NCBI GenBank assembly: GCA_027064665.1
Contig: JAMOPH010000163.1
Span: 1 to 14,124, forward strand
Origin: a bacterium
GTDB taxonomy: Bacteria; UBP14; UBA6098; B30-G16
Direction of reading: 5' to 3'
DNA: 14,124 nt
The notes beneath the pieces were generated by a model. It was not told the DNA's origin, ran no database searches, and saw nothing but the letters and a program-made list of their open reading frames with translations. Below are positions 8,299-14,124 of this stretch, piece after piece. Within the stretch, counting starts at the first letter, position 1, and each line of letters begins with the position of its first letter. The translations under genes were made by a program, and so were the position numbers.

Positions 8299-8887
8299 GT
8301 TTTTTCCGCCGGGGATACCACTCGTATTCCTCAAGTATCCTGTCGGCGGTTTTGAAAAATCTTTCATATTCGCTGAAAATACAGCCGCAATATTGCTGGC
8401 GGTATAACTTATATTTCCGCGAGAGGTTTAATCCCTTGCTCCATCCCTTCCTGAAATCCCGATATAGAAATTTTACTCCGTATCGTTGTTCTAATTCTTC
8501 GCCTATGATTTTGATTTTTTCGTGAAGTTGATATTTTGAATACAGCAGAGTTGTTGAGAAAAACTCAATATTATGCTCAAGAGACGCCTGAACTGTTCTT
8601 TCTAATCTGTATCTATAACATTTAACGCACCTGTTTTTCCCACCGCTCTCACCCAAAATGTATTTCAAAAAATCTTTGATATTATATCTATCATCCTCAA
8701 TTAACTCAAACTGCTCAATCTGAGCGAGCCGTCTGACCTCATACAGGCGCTTTTTATACTCAAGATATGGATGAATATTCGGATTATACCAGAAACCTAC
8801 CACCTCAAATCCCTCATCCCGCAGCGCTTTTAACGGATACACCATACACGGGGCGCAACATATATGTATTAGAACCCTTTTGCCCAT
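8285..8887 (-). CDS. queH: epoxyqueuosine reductase QueH (DUF208)
   Basis: 200 aa. The N-terminal conserved HICCAPC motif and the additional Cys residues (CVKCYRY, QYCGCIF) are characteristic of the QueH/DUF208 Fe-S family. Confidence 0.85.
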   Translation of the reverse strand: MGKRVLIHICCAPCMVYPLKALRDEGFEVVGFWYNPNIHPYLEYKKRLYEVRRLAQIEQFELIEDDRYNIKDFLKYILGESGGKNRCVKCYRYRLERTVQASLEHNIEFFSTTLLYSKYQLHEKIKIIGEELEQRYGVKFLYRDFRKGWSKGLNLSRKYKLYRQQYCGCIFSEYERFFKTADRILEEYEWYPRRKKPKQN

Positions 8888-8909
8888 ACCTGCAAATTAG
8901 AAAGTCCCT

Positions 8910-9533
8910 TCACTTTGAACCTGCGGCACTCTGCGCCGACGATTTCTCCCTGGGCTTTATCGGGGAAAGTTGCTTATACAAACTGTCCGCCAATTTTTCA
9001 ATTTGCGCACCCCATCTGGTTCCGGCGTAGATGTGCTCAAATTTCCTCGCCAGCATATAGGCATAACCGGTCTTCCCCGTTGAGGCATAACCCCGCACCA
9101 GCAGAATATCCTCATACGGCGCATATGACGAGTCCATTGCGACAAGTTTCTCGCAGTATCGTTTGGCATCATCTAATTTCCCCTTTTGCGCAAGATACTC
9201 CAGCGACCAAAAGATATCCCCGACCATCGCCGTGTCCACAGAATCCCCTGCCGCAGAAAGATAGTTGAGAACCGCCGAAACGAACGCAGAAGTATCCCCC
9301 GCCGCAAAAATTGAGTCCTTTTTCTGGATATAAAAATTCACATCCCGCTCCGGTGTGCCCTCCTGCTTTCCCGACTTTTCGCCCTTTTTTTTCTCCCGGG
9401 AGACCTGCTCGGTTTTTGCTTTTGTGCGTGGAATCCTGCGCCTGCGGGACCTTTTTGCGCCCCAGCAAACACTTGCCCCGGCAACCAAAATCACCAGCAT
9501 CACCGCCGCTATTTTCATCCATCCCCTCATCAT
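8910..9533 (-). CDS. hypothetical membrane-anchored protein with a Lys/Arg-rich linker and a C-terminal helical (TPR-like) domain
   Basis: I place the start at ATG 9531-9533 (MMRGWMKIAAVMLVILVAGASVCWG is a signal-anchor). The track ORF extends to 9713, but that would overlap the divergent lipoprotein gene. A highly basic stretch (RSRRRRIPRTKAKTEQVSREKKKGEKSGKQ) is followed by a ~160-aa helical domain. Confidence 0.55.
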   Translation of the reverse strand: MMRGWMKIAAVMLVILVAGASVCWGAKRSRRRRIPRTKAKTEQVSREKKKGEKSGKQEGTPERDVNFYIQKKDSIFAAGDTSAFVSAVLNYLSAAGDSVDTAMVGDIFWSLEYLAQKGKLDDAKRYCEKLVAMDSSYAPYEDILLVRGYASTGKTGYAYMLARKFEHIYAGTRWGAQIEKLADSLYKQLSPIKPREKSSAQSAAGSK

Positions 9534-9596
9534 CCCAAATCTAACCGTCAAAAATTTCCTTGCCAAACAAAAAATTTGTGCTTTCAATTCAAAATT

Positions 9597-10067
9597 ATGA
9601 GGCGCTTGACCCCGATATTTTTCATCCTTGGGGGAGTGATGGCTCTGTTTCTGTCCGGATGCGATTACGGTCTTTCGCCGCTGAACACCCCTGTGATAAC
9701 CGGGCAGGTGCACTTTATCGGCTCAATGCCCGAAAATGCCCAATACTGCTTTGTCGTGGTGGCTATTGACCGCCCGCCCAACGACGAACTTGACATCTCA
9801 TACCTCGGAAATTACTACGAAATCCCCGACAGCGTTCTGCATTCAATCGCAGACACTACCATAAATTTTAGAATTGAGGTCGGCAGGGGCACATACAACT
9901 GGCTCTTTGTCGCCGTCATCGGAAATCCGGACTCTGTGGGGATATGGAATGTTGTGGGGGAGTATCGTGCCGAGGGCGACACCATCCCCACACCCATCAC
10001 CGTTGACTGGGATGACAGCATCTGGGTTGAAATAACCGCCGATCTGCGAGATGCCCAAATACCATAA
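9597..10067 (+). CDS. lipoprotein, function unknown
   Basis: Start ATG 9597 (MRRLTPIFFILGGVMALFLSGC). It has a lipobox L-S-G-C with the invariant Cys, followed by a beta-rich ~135-aa domain. A GGAG-containing SD for the next gene follows its 3' end. Confidence 0.65.
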   Translation: MRRLTPIFFILGGVMALFLSGCDYGLSPLNTPVITGQVHFIGSMPENAQYCFVVVAIDRPPNDELDISYLGNYYEIPDSVLHSIADTTINFRIEVGRGTYNWLFVAVIGNPDSVGIWNVVGEYRAEGDTIPTPITVDWDDSIWVEITADLRDAQIP

Positions 10068-10082
10068 AAACTGGAGTGTCCG

Positions 10083-10748
10083 ATGGCACCAAAAAGGAAA
10101 AAAACCACCAACGACCTCACACACGCCCAGAAGAAACTTGTGGGCTATATGTCGTTTTTTCTGGCGATACTGATTGCCCTTATCCTGCGGGCTACCGTCA
10201 TTCAGGCGTTTACCATTCCATCAGGCTCTATGGAGGACACCCTTTTGATAGGCGATTTTCTCATAGGAGAAAAAATTACTTATCGTTTTCGTCCGCCCCA
10301 CAGGGGAGAGGTAATTATATTTGAGCACCCCAAGGTCAAGGGCAGGGACCTGATAAAGCGCTGTGTCGCCCTTCCAGGCGATATTGTTGAGGTGCGGGAC
10401 AAGGTCCTGTATGTCAACGGCAAACGGGTCCCGCTTCCGCCCAAGGGAAAACACATAGACCCAAGATTTATTGACCGCAGGGACAATTTCGGTCCGTATA
10501 AGGTGCCGCCAAACTGTGTCTTCGCAATGGGGGACAACCGGGACAACTCCGAGGATTCCCGCTTCTGGGGTCCGGTGCCCTTTGACAAAATCAAGGCAAG
10601 ACCCGTCTTTGTCTATCTCTCTGTGGATTTCGGTTCTGAAGCCCGCACCATACAGAAATCTCTGGACATCTACAGGGTCCTTCTCAAAAAACTCCTTCAT
10701 TTTCCCACCGCAATCCGCTGGAAACGAATCGGGCTGATTGTCCATTGA
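10083..10748 (+). CDS. lepB: signal peptidase I
   Basis: 221 aa. N-terminal TM helix, the catalytic Ser box IPSGSMEDTL, the Lys box KRCVALPGD, and the conserved GDNRDNSEDSRFWG box. Confidence 0.9.
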   Translation: MAPKRKKTTNDLTHAQKKLVGYMSFFLAILIALILRATVIQAFTIPSGSMEDTLLIGDFLIGEKITYRFRPPHRGEVIIFEHPKVKGRDLIKRCVALPGDIVEVRDKVLYVNGKRVPLPPKGKHIDPRFIDRRDNFGPYKVPPNCVFAMGDNRDNSEDSRFWGPVPFDKIKARPVFVYLSVDFGSEARTIQKSLDIYRVLLKKLLHFPTAIRWKRIGLIVH

Positions 10749-10818
10749 TCGGCAATTTTTATTTAGAAATCCTGGCACAGGAAGTATATTATACATCAGC
10801 GCAACTTGAGGAGGACCT

Positions 10819-12447
10819 ATGAGGAGCAAATTTCTGGTGCCTGTGCTTGTGGGCATAGTTTTTATTGCCTATGGTGAGGTGACCCTGTCCGCTGGTGGCG
10901 CAACCGCAAAGACCCGCATTGAATCGGTGACAATCCTTTCCGGGAGGGCGCTCGTTGAAAGGGTTGGCACCATAAAAATCCCTGCCGGTGAGTCAGTGGT
11001 CTCGGTGGAGTATCTGCCGCAGGGGATTGACCCAAATTCTGTCAGGGTCAGCGGGAAATCCGAGGGGAAAGTAATCTTAGGCGGAGTGGAGATTTTATAT
11101 CAGCGCTGGGCTCCCGACACGATAAGGAAAATCAAGGACGCAATCCAGCGCATCAAGGACCAACTTGCCGAACTGAAGGTCGCCGAAGATGGTCTTAAAA
11201 CCCGCCGGAAGTTTGTGGAATCTGTCGCCGGGCTGGGCGGCTCAAAACCCAATGGGGAGTATCTGGTGGTCACTCCCCAGAACCTGTCCGCCACGGCATC
11301 GTTTATAAAGCGAGAACTTAATGCCATCGCCAGCGACGGCACAGAAATTTCCCGCCGCCGCAGGGAACTTTCCCGCCAACTGGACAGTCTGAACGAGATT
11401 CTTGCCAATATGACCGGCGGTTCTGCCGGCAGGGGCTATCAAATCAAGGTTCCTGTTGAGGCGAAGGCGCCGGCGACTTTGGAGTTGAGGATAAAATATG
11501 CGGTTTCCAATGCCACCTGGCAACCCCGCTACGACGCCAGATACGATGAGTCCACCGGCAAAGTCAAACTTTCATATTGTGCAGTCATAACCCAGCGGAC
11601 CTCCGAGGACTGGGAGAACGCCAAAATTGTCCTTTCCACCACTCAGGCACATATTGACACCCGACCGCCTGAACTTTTCCCCTGGTATCTGTCCCGGCAG
11701 GAGGAGATTCCCTCCTACGGCGGCAAACGACTTATGGCTCTTCCGACGATGGAGATGGAATTGGCTGAGGAAAAGGGCATTCCAAAACGGGCTGAATACG
11801 AGTCTGCCGCCCCTCAAATTGTCGGGGAGAATGTGGTTTTCAATGTGCCCGGCAGGAAAACTATCCCCTCGGATGGGCAGAGACATCAGGTTATGGTCGC
11901 CGAAATCACGCTTGACGCCAGCAAAAAGTTCGTAGCCGTGCCGAAGGTCAGCGAGAGAGTGTATCTGACAGCGCACTGCAAAAACACAACGGATTATCTC
12001 CTTCTGCCCGGTGAGGTGGCGGTGTTTCAGGGGAATGACTTTGTCGGCACCCAGCGGATAGATGCCCCTGTGGCTTTCGGCGAGGAATTTGACATCGCTA
12101 TGGGGCCGGTCAAGACAATAAAGGTGGAGCGGAAACGCACAAAGCGATTCCGCGAAAACACAGGGATTATAGGGCAGAATGTGAAAATCTCCTTCGGATA
12201 TGAGATAAAGGTGTCAAACAACTCCCGCTCTGAGGCGGATATTGAGGTCGTGGACCAGTTGCCGGTTTCCGAGGATGAGGACATCTCCGTGGAGAACATA
12301 AAGTTTGAGCCCGAGCCGTCCAAACGGGACAGAGATTTCCCCGGGCAACTTGTGTGGAAAGTCAAACTCAAACCCGGCGAGTCCCAAAAAATTCGGTTTG
12401 AGTTCAGCGTGAAATATCCCAAGGACCTCAAAATACAGGGATTGTGA
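10819..12447 (+). CDS. secreted DUF4140/DUF4139-family protein (TIGR02231-like, 'mucoidy inhibitor A'-type architecture)
   Basis: 542 aa. GAGGAGG SD 5 nt upstream. It has a signal peptide, an N-terminal beta-rich region, a central coiled-coil (KIKDAIQRIKDQLAELKVAEDGLK ... RRRELSRQLDSLNEILANM) and a long C-terminal beta-rich domain. The family assignment is from memory of the architecture and is not verified. Confidence 0.65.
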   Translation: MRSKFLVPVLVGIVFIAYGEVTLSAGGATAKTRIESVTILSGRALVERVGTIKIPAGESVVSVEYLPQGIDPNSVRVSGKSEGKVILGGVEILYQRWAPDTIRKIKDAIQRIKDQLAELKVAEDGLKTRRKFVESVAGLGGSKPNGEYLVVTPQNLSATASFIKRELNAIASDGTEISRRRRELSRQLDSLNEILANMTGGSAGRGYQIKVPVEAKAPATLELRIKYAVSNATWQPRYDARYDESTGKVKLSYCAVITQRTSEDWENAKIVLSTTQAHIDTRPPELFPWYLSRQEEIPSYGGKRLMALPTMEMELAEEKGIPKRAEYESAAPQIVGENVVFNVPGRKTIPSDGQRHQVMVAEITLDASKKFVAVPKVSERVYLTAHCKNTTDYLLLPGEVAVFQGNDFVGTQRIDAPVAFGEEFDIAMGPVKTIKVERKRTKRFRENTGIIGQNVKISFGYEIKVSNNSRSEADIEVVDQLPVSEDEDISVENIKFEPEPSKRDRDFPGQLVWKVKLKPGESQKIRFEFSVKYPKDLKIQGL

Positions 12448-12471
12448 GTCTGCGGGAAGGTTCAAAAAAAG

Positions 12472-12499
12472 TTTGCCAAGTCCACAGAACTTTTTATCT
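12472..12499 (+). promoter_or_regulatory. candidate sigma70-like promoter (TTGCCA-16-TATCTT) upstream of gcvH
   Basis: Sequence pattern only, in the 87-nt intergenic region between the DUF4139 gene and gcvH. It is too short to hold a glycine riboswitch. Confidence 0.25.
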
Positions 12500-12534
12500 T
12501 AATTCACATTTTCAATTCAAACTTGGAGGGAGTA

Positions 12535-12912
12535 ATGGTCCGTGATGATCTCTACTACACCAAGGAGCACGAGTGGGTTAAAGTTGAAGGGGATACCGCA
12601 ATTGTCGGGATAACCGACTACGCCCAGAGCGAACTGGGAGATATTCTCTATGTTGAACTTCCGGATGTCGGGAAAACTGTATCCGCCGGCGATGTTCTCG
12701 CCACTGTTGAGGCTGTCAAGGCGGTGTCCGATGTCTATGCGCCTCTCAGCGGTGAGGTGATTGAGGTCAATGAGGCACTTTCCACCACACCCGAGGTCAT
12801 CAACAAAGACCCCTACGGCGAGGGCTGGATGGTGAAAATCAAAATCTCCAACCCGGATGAGGTGAACCAGTTGCTTTCCCCGGCGGATTATCGGAATTTG
12901 ATTGGGGAATAA
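12535..12912 (+). CDS. gcvH: glycine cleavage system H protein (lipoyl carrier)
   Basis: I prefer ATG 12535, which has GGAGGG 4-5 nt upstream; the track uses a TTG at 12523. The lipoyl-lysine motif VEAVKAVSDVYAP is present, and the fold signature is highly conserved throughout (EHEWVKVEGDTAIVGITDYAQ...GEGWMVKIK). Confidence 0.92.
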   Translation: MVRDDLYYTKEHEWVKVEGDTAIVGITDYAQSELGDILYVELPDVGKTVSAGDVLATVEAVKAVSDVYAPLSGEVIEVNEALSTTPEVINKDPYGEGWMVKIKISNPDEVNQLLSPADYRNLIGE

Positions 12913-12973
12913 AATTTTTTGAAACATTGCTGTCGGTTGCTTTGCCTTACAATCAAAAGCCCCGGAGGCGAAA

Positions 12974-14124
12974 ATGTCTGATATACCATATCTCCCGCTC
13001 ACCGATGCCGACAGGGAGAAAATTCTTCGGCGTCTGGGGATAGGCTCTGTCAAAGAACTTATTGACCGGGCTGTGCCGCCGGAGATTCAGTATAAGGGCA
13101 AACTCCCCATTCCCGATGGACTTTCATATCACGAGGTTGAGAAGGTGGTCGGGGAGTTGTCTGAGCAGAACTCTGCCGCCCGGATGAAAGTTTTTGCCGG
13201 TGGCGGCGCATATCAGATGTATGTTCCGGCGGTGGTGGACGAGATTTCCTCACGCCCGGAATTCTACACCGCATACACGCCCTATCAGCCCGAGGTGAGT
13301 CAGGGAACGCTGACGGCTATATTTGAATTTCAGTCAATGATTACCGCAATAACCGGGATGGAGATTGCCAACGCTTCTATGTATGATGGTGCCTCTGCCA
13401 CTGCTGAGGCGGCGATTCTCTCCATCCATCGGACAAAGCGCAAAAAGATCTTGTATTCTCAGGGGCTCAATCCGCTTTACCTTGAGGTTCTGCGGACATA
13501 TCTTCACGGCTTCGGCGCCGAACTTGTGCCGGTTCCGCTTGAGAAGGGCACAACCGAAGTCTCTGCGCTGGATAACCTGTTAGATGATTCTGTCGCCTGC
13601 TTTATCCTTCAGAATCCCAATTTCTTCGGCGTCGTTGAGGATGGTTTTGCATTTGCGGAGAAAATTCACAGTGTTGGGGCGCTGTTTGTGGTTGTGGTGG
13701 CAGACGCTATGAGTCTGGGGATACTGACCCCGCCGGGGGAATACGGCGCCGATGTCGTGGCAGGAGAGGCTCAGCAGTTCGGCAATTATCTCAACTTCGG
13801 CGGACCATATCTTGGATTTTTCGCCGCAAAGCGACAGTTTCTGCGTTCTATGCCGGGAAGAATTATCGGAATGACCGAGGATGTTGACGGCAGGCGTGGT
13901 TTTGTGATGGTTTTCCAGACGAGGGAGCAGCATATCCGCAGGGCACGGGCTACATCAAATATATGCACGAATCAGCAGTTGTGCGCCCTCAGGGCGACTG
14001 TATATCTGGCACTTCTGGGAGAGAGGGGATTCCGCCAAATTGCCCGGATTCTCCACGACCGGGCTCACTATATGGCGGAAAAACTGACCCAAATCCCCGG
14101 CGTTGAACTTATGTATGACGCCCC
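12974..14124 (+). CDS. gcvPA: glycine dehydrogenase (decarboxylating) subunit 1 (P-protein alpha subunit). The gene is 3'-partial and continues past the window end.
   Basis: ATG 12974 with GGAGG 7 nt upstream. The frame stays open to nt 14124. The sequence is the conserved GcvPA sequence (YTPYQPEVSQGTLTAIFEFQSMI...TREQHIRRARATSNICTNQ). It is absent from the ORF track only because it has no stop in the window. The short ORFs the track lists inside it (13059-13274, 13365-13583, 13580-13933, 13786-13968) are spurious. Confidence 0.9.
   Translation, partial: MSDIPYLPLTDADREKILRRLGIGSVKELIDRAVPPEIQYKGKLPIPDGLSYHEVEKVVGELSEQNSAARMKVFAGGGAYQMYVPAVVDEISSRPEFYTAYTPYQPEVSQGTLTAIFEFQSMITAITGMEIANASMYDGASATAEAAILSIHRTKRKKILYSQGLNPLYLEVLRTYLHGFGAELVPVPLEKGTTEVSALDNLLDDSVACFILQNPNFFGVVEDGFAFAEKIHSVGALFVVVVADAMSLGILTPPGEYGADVVAGEAQQFGNYLNFGGPYLGFFAAKRQFLRSMPGRIIGMTEDVDGRRGFVMVFQTREQHIRRARATSNICTNQQLCALRATVYLALLGERGFRQIARILHDRAHYMAEKLTQIPGVELMYDA

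Noticed and set aside
9169-9769. Cluster of overlapping ORFs (9169-9522 minus; 9311-9544, 9355-9600 and 9560-9769 plus) and the long N-terminal extension of the 8910 ORF up to 9713
   Set aside because: They overlap the better-supported membrane-anchored CDS and lipoprotein CDS. The extension beyond ATG 9533 encodes no recognisable sequence and would eliminate the divergent promoter region. I judged them frame artefacts of a GC-rich region.
10221-10856. 211-aa minus-strand ORF antisense to lepB
   Set aside because: It lies completely inside the signal peptidase I gene, which has all of its catalytic boxes, so this is an antisense artefact.
12448-12534. Possible glycine riboswitch or terminator between the DUF4139 gene and gcvH
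   Set aside because: Only 87 nt, AT-rich, with no GC-rich hairpin followed by a U-run and none of the conserved glycine-aptamer elements. I judged it more likely a simple promoter plus RBS.
1-14124. Search for a CRISPR array, tandem or direct repeats, inverted-repeat termini, a transposase or integrase, and tRNA or rRNA genes
   Set aside because: I saw no periodic repeat-spacer structure, no long direct or inverted repeats, and no tRNA-like cloverleaf candidates by eye. All substantial ORFs are accounted for by non-mobile functions.

Overview
This is a chromosomal-looking window from a probable diderm bacterium, possibly an uncultured lineage. It is densely coded and mostly housekeeping or cell-envelope genes. 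The flanks are roughly 52–58% GC; the centre, about 3.45–8.9 kb, is distinctly AT-richer at roughly 30–47% GC. I found no rRNA, tRNA, CRISPR array, transposase, integrase or long repeats.

Gene order:
- A 5'-truncated fusion of a DEDDh 3'-5' exonuclease with a DinG/Rad3-type helicase that carries a Cys4 Fe-S module.
- A convergent standalone SPFH/band-7 protein.
- A translationally coupled minus-strand cassette: MscS-type channel, then an unknown 307-aa Cys-rich protein, then ribulose-phosphate 3-epimerase.
- A divergently transcribed pair: a signal-peptide beta-rich secreted protein coupled to a roughly 468-aa polytopic membrane protein.
- Epoxyqueuosine reductase QueH (CCAPC motif), overlapping the membrane-protein gene tail-to-tail.
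- An envelope cluster: a membrane-anchored K/R-rich protein, a lipoprotein, signal peptidase I and a DUF4139/MuiA-like secreted protein.
- gcvH followed by gcvPA, which runs off the 3' end.

The things most worth a second look are the unannotatable 307-aa Cys-rich protein wedged between the MscS channel and rpe, the coupled secreted/polytopic-membrane pair, and the AT-rich block itself. I cannot point to a recognisable defence or mobile system in this window.
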